DNA of 43,176 nt from an uncultured Anaerolineaceae bacterium (GCA_964475735.1 CAYYYI010000003.1:10923-54098); one strand, 5' to 3'; positions 16,307 to 26,313 are shown, counted from the first letter of the stretch. Numbers and translations are program-made. The notes: generated by a model not told the origin, from the letters alone.

Positions 16307-17703
16307 CGGGCCAGCCCTTCTGCTCGCAGCGCTTCTATCCCGGCAATCGACTTCGGGATGTCCGCTGTCAGCACATCGGCCCCCTCCCTGGTAACGAGCA
16401 CGTCGTCTTCGATGCGGATCCCGCCCACGTGCAGGAGAGTGTCGACAAGCTCCCAGTTGACGGCATCGGCGTAGGCCTCCCGGCGTGCGGGGTTGGTCAA
16501 CAGGGCGGGGATGAAGTAGATCCCCGGCTCGATCGTGACGACGTAGCCCGGTTGGAGAGGGAGGTCGGCGCGAAGGTACTTCAGTCCGAACCGGTCACTC
16601 GGAGTGCGCCCGGCAAGGCACCCGCCGGCGTCGTGGGTGGATAGGCCCAGCATGTGGCCCAGGCCGTGGGGGAAGAAGAGCGCGTGCGCGTCGCGTTCCA
16701 CAAGGGCAGAAGGCTCCCCACGGAGGATACCCAGCTGAACCAGCCCTTCGGCGAGCTGGTGGCTGGCGGCCATGTGCAGGTCGCGGTACTCGGCTCCCGG
16801 CCGCACCGCGGCGATAGCAGCTTCCTGGACGGCAAGCACGAGCCGGTAGAGGTCCCTGTGCAGCCCTTCGAACCGCGGGCCCACCGGGTAGGTGCGGGTC
16901 ACGTCGCTGGCGTACCCGCCGGCCTCTGCGCCGGCATCGACGAGAACCAGCTCGCCATCTCCCATCACGCGAGAGGTGGGCGCGAAGTGCAGCACGGCAC
17001 CGTTGGGCCCGCTGCCAACGATCGAGCCGTAGGCCGTCCGGTCGCCGCCGGCGCGAAAGAGGGCCGCTTCGATTTCGACCTGGAGGGCGCGCTCCGTCAT
17101 ACCCGGGCGGGCCAGTCGGATACCGGCGAGATGGCCCTCGCGGCTTGCCGCGGCCGCCCGCCGCATGAGCGCAAGCTCACCGTCGTCCTTGCCCCGCCGC
17201 ATCTCGGCGACTGCCGCGGAAAGGCGCGCCGCCAGGGTGCCATCCACCTCCAGTTCGAGCGCCTCCCAGCGCTCAATGCCGTAGCCGCCCGGCCGGTGGC
17301 GGATGTCTCCGTTCCCAACAATCGCCACCGGTTCGCCGCGGCGCCGTTCCAGCCACTCGCCGAGGCGGTCTGACTGCAACACGCGCTCGATCCCCGTGCG
17401 CGACGCCTGCTCCACGACCGTCTCGGAATCGCCCGACCAGACGCGCTCCTCCTCCGAGGCTACGTGGGCGAAGAGCGTCCAGCCTTCGCGCGGGTCGAAG
17501 GTGAGAACGGCCCCCGGATGGGATACACCGGAGAAGTAGTAGTGCTCGGGATGGGCGTGGAACTCGTGATACTGGTCGGTGCCAGCAATGGGCACGGGCA
17601 GGCCTGACGGGATCAGGACCGCCCCGCGCTGAAGCTCCCATCGTCGCGCGGCTTCCCTGCGCCGGGCATCCAGCCTTCGCGGCAAATCGCTGTCCTCTTG
17701 CAT
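16303..17703 (-). CDS. pepP: Xaa-Pro aminopeptidase (M24B)
   Basis: It shows the pita-bread metal-ligand context: VLVDAGAE..YASDVTRT, HGLGHMLGLSTHD, VVTIEPGIY and GGIRIEDDVLV. Confidence 0.88.
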   Translation of the reverse strand: MQEDSDLPRRLDARRREAARRWELQRGAVLIPSGLPVPIAGTDQYHEFHAHPEHYYFSGVSHPGAVLTFDPREGWTLFAHVASEEERVWSGDSETVVEQASRTGIERVLQSDRLGEWLERRRGEPVAIVGNGDIRHRPGGYGIERWEALELEVDGTLAARLSAAVAEMRRGKDDGELALMRRAAAASREGHLAGIRLARPGMTERALQVEIEAALFRAGGDRTAYGSIVGSGPNGAVLHFAPTSRVMGDGELVLVDAGAEAGGYASDVTRTYPVGPRFEGLHRDLYRLVLAVQEAAIAAVRPGAEYRDLHMAASHQLAEGLVQLGILRGEPSALVERDAHALFFPHGLGHMLGLSTHDAGGCLAGRTPSDRFGLKYLRADLPLQPGYVVTIEPGIYFIPALLTNPARREAYADAVNWELVDTLLHVGGIRIEDDVLVTREGADVLTADIPKSIAGIEALRAEGLAR

Positions 17704-17745
17704 CGCAGAGAGACAGTCTATCGAATCTCTTCCTTCGCGGTGGCG

Positions 17746-18729
17746 TCAGCCCGCGGCCGGGTCAACACCGTAGGCGCTGGCGGCGGCCTGGAGGCTGCAC
17801 GCCACCTCGCTCAGCAATTCCGGCGGAGAGACGACCCGGGCATCGGGGCCCCAGCTTCGCACCCAGGGAACGAACTCCATGAGGCTGGGAAGCTGCAGCT
17901 CCATTCGCACGCCTCCGTCCTGGAGCGTAGTAAGCCGCTGCGAGGGATGCCAGTTGGTTTCGCAGATGCGCTGGGATACGGCCGGGCTGAAATCGACCAC
18001 GATGTCGAACTTGTCGTCGCCGTAGACAACCCCCCAGCTGTGGGCGAGCCGCTCGGCAATCTCGGTGGTGTCCGGCGGCTCGAAAGGCGAACCTGTCACC
18101 TCGGCATGCGTGATGCGCTCGATCTTGAAGGTGCGCACCGCATCGTGGGCGTGGCTGAAGCCGATGACGTACGTTGCCGCCCCGGTGGCGCTCGGCTCTA
18201 GCAGGTACGGGTCCAGCTCTGTGCGGCGGACGTGGGAGTCGCGGGCGGAGTGGTACCTGATCGAGACGGTGTGGGACTCGGCCCAGCCCTCGGTGATGCG
18301 GCACAGGATCTCCTGGGCCTTCTTCTGTGCGGGCCGCCCACGGAGCTGCTCAACCGTGACAGCGACCTGGCGCGCGATGGGCTCGGGTAGCGCGTGGGCG
18401 AGCTTGTCGAGCGCGGAAATGCCGTTGGGGTCGCGATCGTCGGCGTGCCTGAGAAAGAGGCGGGTCGCCAGGTAAAGCGCCCTCGCCTCCTGCAGGGTGA
18501 AACGGACGGGCGCGAGAGAGCCCGTATCGGGCATGATGCGGTAGCTCCGCCCGTCGAGCATGAGGGGAACGTTTAGTTCGCTTTCAAGGGCGGCGATATC
18601 TCGTTGAATGGTGCGCTGGCTGTACCCCAGCTCTTCCGCGAGCTCTCGCGCGGACCAGCCCTGCACGCGTTTGCGCAGCAGCCGTTCCATCTCCAGTAGC
18701 CGTGTTGCCCGCCTGACTTGCTCGGTCAT
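17746..18729 (-). CDS. HTH-WYL-WCX transcriptional regulator (YafY/PafBC-like)
   Basis: The N-terminal HTH reads WSARELAEELGYSQRTIQRDIAALE. It is followed by a central WYL-type domain and a C-terminal extension. I placed the start at ATG 18729 (MTEQVRRATRLLEMERLL); GTG 18768 is an alternative. Confidence 0.82.
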   Translation of the reverse strand: MTEQVRRATRLLEMERLLRKRVQGWSARELAEELGYSQRTIQRDIAALESELNVPLMLDGRSYRIMPDTGSLAPVRFTLQEARALYLATRLFLRHADDRDPNGISALDKLAHALPEPIARQVAVTVEQLRGRPAQKKAQEILCRITEGWAESHTVSIRYHSARDSHVRRTELDPYLLEPSATGAATYVIGFSHAHDAVRTFKIERITHAEVTGSPFEPPDTTEIAERLAHSWGVVYGDDKFDIVVDFSPAVSQRICETNWHPSQRLTTLQDGGVRMELQLPSLMEFVPWVRSWGPDARVVSPPELLSEVACSLQAAASAYGVDPAAG

Positions 18730-18827
18730 GTGTCGCTTCACCTGCCCCAGATTTCGTATGGCGACCACCCTGGCAGACCAATGCGACAGCTCATGTCGCT
18801 TTGATAAAGCCCCCAGCCCGCAGGATT

Positions 18828-18850
18828 ATAGTTCAGAACAACCGAACTAT
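18828..18850. promoter_or_regulatory. Inverted repeat ATAGTTC-N9-GAACTAT in divergent WYL-regulator/DUF3090 promoter region (candidate operator)
   Basis: The arms are perfect 7-bp matches in the AT-richest part of the 177-nt divergent spacer. The repeat overlaps a TATAGT/ATTATA -10-like element, with TTGATA 18-20 nt upstream. Confidence 0.35.
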
Positions 18851-18906
18851 GCGATAGGGGAATGACCCGCGACTCGCGGGCCGCAGTGGCGTACCATCAA
18901 CAGTCG

Positions 18907-19416
18907 ATGGCGGAACCTCGCGACTTCGGAGCGCTCAGCCACATCTCAGCAGAGGCGATCGGCGAGCCGGGCCGCCGCCGGTTCCGGCTCACAGCCCTGG
19001 GCCAGTCGGGCAATTCGGCCTCCATGTGGCTCGAAAAGGAGCAACTGGCAGCGCTCGGCGATGCCATCGAGACCGTACTTGCGGGCGAGGGATACCAACA
19101 TTCCGCGGCGCCCCCCGACGATGTCACACCCCCGGTGGAGTCCCCCGCGCGGCCCGGAATCGACTTCCGGATCGTCCAGCTCTCCATGGGCGTCGACCAG
19201 CGGCGGGGGAAGATGATCATCGTCGCCGCTGATGCCGAGGAGGGCGGCGAGGTCTCCGTGTCGATGGAGATCGGCTTTCGCAGCGCCTACGAGCTCAGGC
19301 AGCAGATCACGGCGGTCATCGCCGCAGGGCGCCCTCCGTGCCCGTTATGCGGCGGTCCGCTCGATCCCGAAGGCCATGTCTGCCCACGAACGAACGGCCA
19401 CCACGAGACAGCCTGA
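18907..19416 (+). CDS. DUF3090 family protein
   Basis: It has the AEAIGEPGRRRFRL core near the N-terminus and the C-terminal CPLCGGPLDPEGHVCPRTNGH motif that I recall as characteristic of DUF3090. I set the start at ATG 18907 by typical family length; ATG 18862 is an alternative. Confidence 0.72.
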   Translation: MAEPRDFGALSHISAEAIGEPGRRRFRLTALGQSGNSASMWLEKEQLAALGDAIETVLAGEGYQHSAAPPDDVTPPVESPARPGIDFRIVQLSMGVDQRRGKMIIVAADAEEGGEVSVSMEIGFRSAYELRQQITAVIAAGRPPCPLCGGPLDPEGHVCPRTNGHHETA

Positions 19417-19428
19417 AGGCCCGCGGCT

Positions 19429-20883
19429 TCAGTTCGCCGTGGCGGTCGCCTCTGGCGAACCTGTGGGTGGTGGTGCTGGAGAGGGGCTTGCCGGCGGGGT
19501 TGTTGTGCCTGGCGTTCCCGAAGCCGAAGGGCTGGCAGTTCCCGGCGTAGAGCTCCCGGGCGTTCCGGTGGCGGACGGACTTGCAGAAGCCGTACCTGAC
19601 GGCGAGGGCGACGGCGAAGCGCCGCCCGGGGGCGTGGGCGTCTCGGTCGGGGCGACGGTCCCAGTTTCTTCCGGCTCGGGAGTGTATTGCGGGGGAGGCT
19701 CGTAGGATGGAATTGGGGGCAGGCCCGAAACCTCCGCCGCCACCGCGACCAGGCTCTCGGGCCCGACTACCTCGATGAAGACCGGGCCGCGGTTGAAGGC
19801 GATCTCGTTGCCCGCGGCATCGTAGAAGCGGGTGCGGGCAGTGCGGTCAGCCTTCTTCCACTTACCTTCAATCGCCTTGCCATCGAGGAAGACCGTGGCC
19901 GGTCCCTCCCCGATCTGGCCGAGCAGCACGTGTGCGCTCGCGTCAACAACTTCCCAGGTCGTCTGCATCACAACGATGTTCTTGAAGCGGAGTTGCTCCT
20001 TCGACTGCGCATCGGCGTGGGGCCCGCCTGCCTGGAAGCGAAGGTAAGAGTTGGTGGCGGGGTCCCAGTGCCACTGGACGAGTTGCCAGGCAACGCGGCG
20101 CTCGCGGAAGTTGACCTCAATCCCGGCCGCCGCCGACCGCGAAGACGTGCCCTCTCCGTCATCCTTGAAGAGCCACGGTTCCACCCGGGGAGGGTCCTTG
20201 TGACCGAGCGCGGCGGCAATGCCGCGAAGCTTCTGCGTGTCCAGCACAAGATTGTGGGGGGCATAGCGTGAAGCATCGCGGTGGTAAGCGCCCTCGGCCC
20301 CTGAGCCGAACGCCGAGAGCCCCCTTATCCCCCATTCCGCGATCTGCCCGACTGCATTTGCCTCGTTGCTCGTCTCTGCGCCGCCCGCATAGGCGTAGAG
20401 GGCGTCAATCTCGCTCACCCATATCACGAACGGCGTCCTGGCAGACCGGACGGGCTCGATGAAGGGCGCCTCCTGCCGCCAGTAGACGGCCATGAAGCGT
20501 GTGATTGTGCCTTCGACAAAGGCTTCGTACACCAGGTCCGCCCGGTCGAGCCCGCTATGCGGCATGGCCGAGGGACTGTTGTCGATCATGACGGCGATGG
20601 GGAGCAGGTCCTTGCGCGCTTCCCATTCCGCTTCGCTCATCAGCACGCCATCGAGGATGGCGGCATGCCGAACCGGGGTGGACGAAGCTGTGGGGGTTGA
20701 AGTGGAGGTGGCCGTCGACGTGGAGGTAGCCAGTGGCGCGGGGGTCTCCCGCGCAGAGGTCGAGGCGGAACCTCCTCCGGTGAGCGCGATCAGCCCGATC
20801 GTCGCTCCACCCACGACACCCACCGCTGCTGCCAGGCCAAGCGCAATGCGCTTGCGCCCGCTAACCTTCCGCCAGAAGCGCAT
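19429..20883 (-). CDS. DUF3048 (YerB-like) domain protein with N-terminal membrane anchor and C-terminal Pro/Thr/Ser/Gly-rich tail
   Basis: A TM/signal anchor (IALGLAAAVGVVGGATIGLIAL) is followed by the DUF3048 core (MIDNSPSAMPHSGLDRADLVYEAFVEGTITRFMAVY). The last ~98 aa are low-complexity P/T/S/G/A. Confidence 0.8.
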   Translation of the reverse strand: MRFWRKVSGRKRIALGLAAAVGVVGGATIGLIALTGGGSASTSARETPAPLATSTSTATSTSTPTASSTPVRHAAILDGVLMSEAEWEARKDLLPIAVMIDNSPSAMPHSGLDRADLVYEAFVEGTITRFMAVYWRQEAPFIEPVRSARTPFVIWVSEIDALYAYAGGAETSNEANAVGQIAEWGIRGLSAFGSGAEGAYHRDASRYAPHNLVLDTQKLRGIAAALGHKDPPRVEPWLFKDDGEGTSSRSAAAGIEVNFRERRVAWQLVQWHWDPATNSYLRFQAGGPHADAQSKEQLRFKNIVVMQTTWEVVDASAHVLLGQIGEGPATVFLDGKAIEGKWKKADRTARTRFYDAAGNEIAFNRGPVFIEVVGPESLVAVAAEVSGLPPIPSYEPPPQYTPEPEETGTVAPTETPTPPGGASPSPSPSGTASASPSATGTPGSSTPGTASPSASGTPGTTTPPASPSPAPPPTGSPEATATAN

Positions 20884-20972
20884 GCGCTGATGCTACGCAG
20901 GCGCCCGGGTAGGGACCAGCAACGCCTGACGCGGGATTGCATGCGCGCCACTCCGGGGGGCAGAGTTAGGAC

Positions 20973-21944
20973 GTGAAGAAGCTCGGGATCCTGACAAGCG
21001 GGGGAGACGCCCCCGGCATGAACGCCGCAATCCGTGCCGCCGTTCGCACGGCAAGCACCCGGGAGATCGCCATGGTGGGGTACATCGATGGCTTCGCCGG
21101 CTTCGTGGCCGGGGAGTTCCTGGAACTTGATGACCGGGCAGTCGGCAACATCATCCAGCGGGGCGGCACATTCATCGGCACTTCGCGCTGCCCCGAGTTC
21201 CTGGATGCGAGCGTACGTGCCGCGTCCGTCCGCCAGATGCGGGCGGCCGGGGTCGACGGCCTCATCATCGTCGGGGGCGACGGCAGCTTCCGCGGGGCGA
21301 GAGCACTCGAACTGGAACATGGTGTCCCGGTCGCCGGGGTACCGGGGACGATTGACAACGACGTATATGGCACCGAGGAGACGATCGGGTTTGACACGGC
21401 GGTCAACACGGCCGTCCTGGCCATCGACAACGTCCGCGACACCAGCGAATCGACGGGGACGATGTTCTTCGTCGAAGTGATGGGGCGAACGAGCGGCGCA
21501 ATTGCCCTGCACACTGCCCTGGCAGGCGGCGCCGCCGGGGTCCTTGTTCCCGAGGCGCACGAGGACATAGCACAACTACTCGAGCGGCTTCGTACCTCGA
21601 TCGAGCGCGGCAAGCGCAGCCACATTGTGGTTGTGGCCGAAGGCGATCAGGCAGGCGGCGCCTTCGCGGTGGCCGAAATGGTAGGCAAGCACATCGACCA
21701 CCCCCACCGGGTTATCGTGCTTGGGCACATCCAGCGGGGAGGACGCCCGACAGCGCGAGACCGCATCGTAGCTTCGCTCTCCGGGGCGCTGGCGGTGGAG
21801 GGGCTGGCCGCAGGCCGGTCCGGGTTCATGGTCGGAATGCAGGGCGGCCGTGCCGTCGAGGTGCCGCTCGAGGCGGTCGTGGAGCAGGCGCATCCGGAGC
21901 CTGAGTACGGCCTTCTACAGTTGGCGCAGACGCTTTCAGGGTGA
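20973..21944 (+). CDS. pfkA: ATP-dependent 6-phosphofructokinase
   Basis: Motifs seen are [38 protein letters not shown] and VEVMGR. The length is 323 aa and the start is GTG. Confidence 0.93.
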   Translation: MKKLGILTSGGDAPGMNAAIRAAVRTASTREIAMVGYIDGFAGFVAGEFLELDDRAVGNIIQRGGTFIGTSRCPEFLDASVRAASVRQMRAAGVDGLIIVGGDGSFRGARALELEHGVPVAGVPGTIDNDVYGTEETIGFDTAVNTAVLAIDNVRDTSESTGTMFFVEVMGRTSGAIALHTALAGGAAGVLVPEAHEDIAQLLERLRTSIERGKRSHIVVVAEGDQAGGAFAVAEMVGKHIDHPHRVIVLGHIQRGGRPTARDRIVASLSGALAVEGLAAGRSGFMVGMQGGRAVEVPLEAVVEQAHPEPEYGLLQLAQTLSG

Positions 21945-22017
21945 CTTGGGCGGGGCCTGCGCTGGCAGCCGGTGGCGGGCAGTTCTCAGAGTGCGCGTCC
22001 GCCATATACTCAGGGTT

Positions 22018-23520
22018 GTGAGCGAGTCCTTCATCCTTGCCATTGACCAGGGGACCACAAGCTCCCGCGCGCTTGTGGTGGACGCACGTGGCGCCGTCCG
22101 CGGAACGGGGCAGGTACCGTTCACACAGCACTTCCCGCAGCCAGGCCGGGTCGAACACGACCCGGAAGAGATCTGGGCATCGACGCAGGCGGCCATTGCC
22201 GCCGCGCTCGAGGATGCAGGCATCACAACGGGCGACCTCGTAGCAGTGGGCATCACGAACCAGCGGGAAACGGTGGTGGCCTGGGACCGCGAGACGGGCG
22301 AGCCGGTTGGCCGCGCCATTGTCTGGCAGGACCGGCGTACCGCGAAAATCTGCGACGACCTCCGCGCCGCAGGCCATGAAGACACCATCACCCGGGCCAC
22401 AGGCCTCACCATCGACCCCTATTTTTCGGGGACGAAGCTCACCTGGCTCCTGCGAGAGTGGCCCGAACTGCGGGAGCGAGCGGAGCGAGGCGAGATTGTC
22501 GCGGGGACGATCGACTCGTGGCTAACCTGGAAGCTGACGGCCGGGCAGCGCCATGTGACCGACTACACGAACGCCAGCCGCACCCTCCTTTTCAACATCA
22601 CGAAGGGACGCTGGGACGAGCGGCTTTGCGAACTGCTCGAAGTGCCGCGAGCGATGCTGCCAAAAGCCCAACCTTCACGCTCGCCCTTCGGCGACACCGA
22701 TGAGGATGTCTTCGGTGCACGGGTACCGATTTGTGGCATCGCTGGCGATCAGCAGTCGGCGCTCTTCGGGCAGGCGTGCCTGTCGCCGGGGCAGGCCAAG
22801 AACACCTACGGCACGGGGTGCTTCCTGCTCGCCAACGCCGGGCCGAGGCCGGCTCTCCCGGCGAACCGCCTGCTGTTATCCATCGGCGCGAACGCCGGGC
22901 TCCAGGGGCCTGAGTACGTCATCGAAGGCTCGGTCTTCGTAGCAGGAGCGCTCATCCAGTGGCTGCGAGACGAGCTTGGCATCATCGAGCGCGCCGCAGA
23001 CGTGGAAGCCCTGGCGGAATCGGTGCGCGATAGCGGCGGGGTCACCATCGTCCCTGCGTTCACGGGGCTGGGTGCTCCCCACTGGGATCCGCGTGCCCGC
23101 GGCGCGATCCTCGGCCTCACACGAGGGGCGGGCAGGGCTCACATCGCCAGGGCTGCGCTCGAAGCGATCGCGCTTTCCAGCGCCGAGCTCGTGGAGGCGA
23201 TGAACGCGAGCCTGCCCACTGCCATTTCGGAACTCCGCGTTGATGGCGGCGCGGCGGCGAACGATCTGCTCATGCAGATGCAGGCCGACTTCGCAGGTGT
23301 CCCAGTGGTGCGGCCCCGGCAGACCGAAACAACCGCGATGGGGGCGGCCTTCCTGGCAGGCATCCAGGCCGGCATCTGGGCAGACGCCACGGAGATCTCA
23401 ACCCTCTGGCAGGCCGAGCGCGTCTTCGAGCCCCGGATGAACGGCGCCCAGCGCGCCGAGCGGATGGGGAATTGGCGGCGCGCGGTCGAGCGCTCCCTCG
23501 ATTGGGCTACGGAGGAGTGA
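22018..23520 (+). CDS. glpK: Glycerol kinase
   Basis: Motifs seen are [48 protein letters not shown], the NTYGTGCF segment and [14 protein letters not shown] placed the start at the in-frame GTG 22018; the track ORF runs upstream into the pfkA 3' end. Confidence 0.95.
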   Translation: MSESFILAIDQGTTSSRALVVDARGAVRGTGQVPFTQHFPQPGRVEHDPEEIWASTQAAIAAALEDAGITTGDLVAVGITNQRETVVAWDRETGEPVGRAIVWQDRRTAKICDDLRAAGHEDTITRATGLTIDPYFSGTKLTWLLREWPELRERAERGEIVAGTIDSWLTWKLTAGQRHVTDYTNASRTLLFNITKGRWDERLCELLEVPRAMLPKAQPSRSPFGDTDEDVFGARVPICGIAGDQQSALFGQACLSPGQAKNTYGTGCFLLANAGPRPALPANRLLLSIGANAGLQGPEYVIEGSVFVAGALIQWLRDELGIIERAADVEALAESVRDSGGVTIVPAFTGLGAPHWDPRARGAILGLTRGAGRAHIARAALEAIALSSAELVEAMNASLPTAISELRVDGGAAANDLLMQMQADFAGVPVVRPRQTETTAMGAAFLAGIQAGIWADATEISTLWQAERVFEPRMNGAQRAERMGNWRRAVERSLDWATEE

Positions 23521-25157
23521 GCACGGACTCGAGCGTTCCCCTCCCGGCAGACCCCGACACCAGGCGGCGGCTTGCCACCATCTCCTCGGGGCCGCCCCTT
23601 GACGCCGTCATCATCGGCGGCGGCATCAACGGTTGCGGCATCGCAGAGGACCTGGCGGCCCGGGGCCTCCGCGTGGCGCTCTTCGAAGCCGGCGACTTCG
23701 GCTTCGGCACGACATGGCGATCCACGAAGCTGATCCATGGCGGCCTGCGCTACCTGGAGCACGGCGACGTCCGCCTTGTGTTCGAATCGCTGCGCGAGCG
23801 GGCCTGGCTGCTTCGCGCCCGGCGCCATCTCGTGCGGCCGCAACGGTTCATCTTCCCGCGGCTGCCGTGGACGCGGCGCCCGGTATGGCAGCTAAGGGCG
23901 GGGCTCGCTCTCTACGACTTCCTTGCTCGTGACCGTGCTGTTCCCGGGCATCGCAGCCTCTCGCGGGCCACGACGCTGGAGGCCGCGCCCTGGCTCCCAC
24001 CCGATACCGCGAGCGGCTTCTCGTTCTACGATGCGCGTTGCATCGCCCCCGAACGTCTCACCCTCGAACTGGCGCTCGGCGCCCGCGACCACGGCGCCAT
24101 CATCGCGAACCACACCCCCGTGCGCCGCATCCTCACGCACGATTGGGAGGTTGCAGCGGTCGAAGCCGGGCACGGCGGCGAAACCTTCGAGATCCCCACG
24201 CGCGCCGTGATCAATGCTGCGGGACCGTGGGTCGATGCCGTGAACGCGCTTGCGCAGGCGCCCGCGCCCGCCCTGCTCGATATGACCCGGGGCACGCACA
24301 TCGTCGTGGAGCCCGGGCAGCCAGTCGGGAAGGACGCGGTGTTTTCCACGGCGAGGAGCGACGGCCGGGTCCTGTTCGCAGTGCCGCAGGATGGCCTGCT
24401 GCTGATCGGGACAACGGACCTCCGCTACGAAGGTGACCCGGGCGCCATCCGGCCCACGGCCGAAGAGGTTGACTACCTGCTGGAGGAGGCGCAGGCGCTG
24501 CTCCCTGGCCTCGGCATCGGCAAGAGCCACGTGCGCTACGCCTACGCCGGGCTGCGCCCGCTTCAGAAGCTGAAGGAAGGGCCCGAAGTCGCCATGACCC
24601 GGCGCCACGTGGTCACGGACCACGGCGAGCAGGGGCTTGCTCACGGCCTCTATAGCGTCGCCGGGGGCAAGTTGAGCACGTTCCGGCCAATCGCCCGCGA
24701 ACTGGCCGCGAGGCTGCATTCCGGCCCGCGCGTTGAGCCCGAACCAGACACGGGCCGGGATCGCGCCTGGTTCGAGGAGCTAAGAGCGGCGCCACTCCCG
24801 CTCACATCCAGGGAGCACCTGCGGCGCTACGGCACGGCCATCACGCAGGTGCTCGCGGGCGGGCAAGAGATCCTTTGCAGCCACAGTGGAGCGGTTACGG
24901 GCGAAATCGCCCATGCCGCGCGCGCCGAGGCGGCGGTCACCCTCGCGGACGTGCTCATGCTGAGGACGGGCGTGGCGTGGGCCTCGTGCCGGGGGCTGTG
25001 CTGCCATCGCCAGGCGGCCCGCATCGTCGCCACCGTGCTCGGGTGGGATGCGGACCGTGAAGAGCAGGAAGTGCACGCCTTCGAGGCGGCCCTCGACTAT
25101 CATCTTCCTGACGTGCAGTCCCTCATTTCCACAGGCGCCGGCAGTGCACCAGCGTGA
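23517..25157 (+). CDS. glpD: FAD-dependent glycerol-3-phosphate dehydrogenase
   Basis: It has the dinucleotide fold [22 protein letters not shown], then [18 protein letters not shown] and a C-terminal GlpD-type helical domain. The GTG start overlaps the glpK stop (GTGA). The exact start is uncertain. Confidence 0.88.
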   Translation: MSTDSSVPLPADPDTRRRLATISSGPPLDAVIIGGGINGCGIAEDLAARGLRVALFEAGDFGFGTTWRSTKLIHGGLRYLEHGDVRLVFESLRERAWLLRARRHLVRPQRFIFPRLPWTRRPVWQLRAGLALYDFLARDRAVPGHRSLSRATTLEAAPWLPPDTASGFSFYDARCIAPERLTLELALGARDHGAIIANHTPVRRILTHDWEVAAVEAGHGGETFEIPTRAVINAAGPWVDAVNALAQAPAPALLDMTRGTHIVVEPGQPVGKDAVFSTARSDGRVLFAVPQDGLLLIGTTDLRYEGDPGAIRPTAEEVDYLLEEAQALLPGLGIGKSHVRYAYAGLRPLQKLKEGPEVAMTRRHVVTDHGEQGLAHGLYSVAGGKLSTFRPIARELAARLHSGPRVEPEPDTGRDRAWFEELRAAPLPLTSREHLRRYGTAITQVLAGGQEILCSHSGAVTGEIAHAARAEAAVTLADVLMLRTGVAWASCRGLCCHRQAARIVATVLGWDADREEQEVHAFEAALDYHLPDVQSLISTGAGSAPA

Positions 25158-25926
25158 CGATCTTGAGCGGGTGATCGAGGCCGCCGCGCGTGAACTGAAG
25201 CGCGCGACGCACGCAGTCGCACTCGTGGGGGCCGGGCTTTCGGCGGAGAGCGGCATCCCCACATTCCGGGGCGATGGCGGGCTCTGGACAAAGCTCGGCG
25301 AGCCCACCTTTGACGGCTGGGAGCTCTTCAACGAAGACCCCGCGGCGTGGTGGCGCCAGGCCATCTCCTTCAAAGAAGAGTACGCCGACTTCAATCGCTC
25401 AATTGACGATGCAAAGCCAAACCCGGGTCACTACGCCATGGCTGACCTGGAGGGAATGGGACATCTCGCGCACATCATCACGCAGAACATTGACAACCTG
25501 CACCAGCGGGCGGGGTCGAGGCAGATCACCGAGATCCACGGCAACCGGTACCTTGTGCGCTGCATGAGCTGTGGTTCGCGGGACCGGCTGGAGAGCGTTC
25601 GGCTCGACCGCCTTCCACCACTGTGCCCGGAGTGCGGCGGCTTCCTGAAGAACGACACGGTCATGTTCGGCGAACCAATCCCCGAAGACGCGCTGCGTGA
25701 GTGCTACCGCCAGGCTGCCCTGTGCGACCTGTTCCTGGCCGTGGGAACCTCTGCGGTGGTCTACCCCGCGGCCGAGTTCCCCGTGATGGCCCGCAGGAGG
25801 GGAGTGACACTGATCGAAATCAACCCCGAAGAGACCCCGCTCAGCGGCATCGCAGACATCATTATCCGCGCTCCTGCGGGGCAGAGTCTGCCTGCGATTG
25901 TCGAACGGTTGAAAGCGGGGGCATAG
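25144..25926 (+). CDS. cobB: NAD-dependent protein deacylase (Sir2/CobB family)
   Basis: Motifs seen are GAGLSAESGIPTFRG, QNIDNLH and HG. The Zn ribbon is CMSCG...CPECGG, followed by VMFGE. I placed the start at GTG 25144, which overlaps the glpD 3' end by 14 nt. Confidence 0.88.
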   Translation: MHQRDDLERVIEAAARELKRATHAVALVGAGLSAESGIPTFRGDGGLWTKLGEPTFDGWELFNEDPAAWWRQAISFKEEYADFNRSIDDAKPNPGHYAMADLEGMGHLAHIITQNIDNLHQRAGSRQITEIHGNRYLVRCMSCGSRDRLESVRLDRLPPLCPECGGFLKNDTVMFGEPIPEDALRECYRQAALCDLFLAVGTSAVVYPAAEFPVMARRRGVTLIEINPEETPLSGIADIIIRAPAGQSLPAIVERLKAGA

Positions 25927-25947
25927 CCTCGCCTACACCTTTCGGGG

Positions 25948-26313
25948 TCACCGCCCGGAAGTGGAATCGGGCGCGAGGAATTCGAGCTGGTTTCCCGGGT
26001 GAGTCACGCTCGCGGCGCCCGGTGGCAGTTCCACCACACCGTGCGCCCCCCTGCCGCCAAAGGCAATGCCGATCCAGGGGCGCACGTTGCGAGCGACCTT
26101 CGTCACTTTGCCGTCGCGGTCGAAGAACACGGCATCTATCGAGAAGAGCATGAACATCATGTGGATGGAGCCACAGGGCGCGATGATGAGACCTTCTTCG
26201 GGCCCCAGGCGGCGCCGCAGCATGAGGCCCCGGAAGCGGGCCCAGACGCTCTTCGCCTCGACGGCCGAGGCGGCAAGGGTGGCTCCGGCGGTGACGTCGC
26301 GCAGCACAACCAC
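25948..26313 (-). CDS. DUF192 (COG1430) domain protein
   Basis: The 121-aa product has FRGLMLRRRL...GLIIAPCGSIHMMFMLFSIDAVFFDRDGKV, typical of DUF192. The GTG start lies 9 nt downstream of the tadC stop. Confidence 0.78.
   Translation of the reverse strand: MVVLRDVTAGATLAASAVEAKSVWARFRGLMLRRRLGPEEGLIIAPCGSIHMMFMLFSIDAVFFDRDGKVTKVARNVRPWIGIAFGGRGAHGVVELPPGAASVTHPGNQLEFLAPDSTSGR

Noticed and set aside
19429-19725. Repetitive-looking GC-rich DNA, considered as a possible tandem repeat or CRISPR-like array.
   Set aside because: There are no exact DNA repeats with unique spacers. The periodicity is only at amino-acid level (the Pro/Thr/Ser/Gly tail of the DUF3048 protein).
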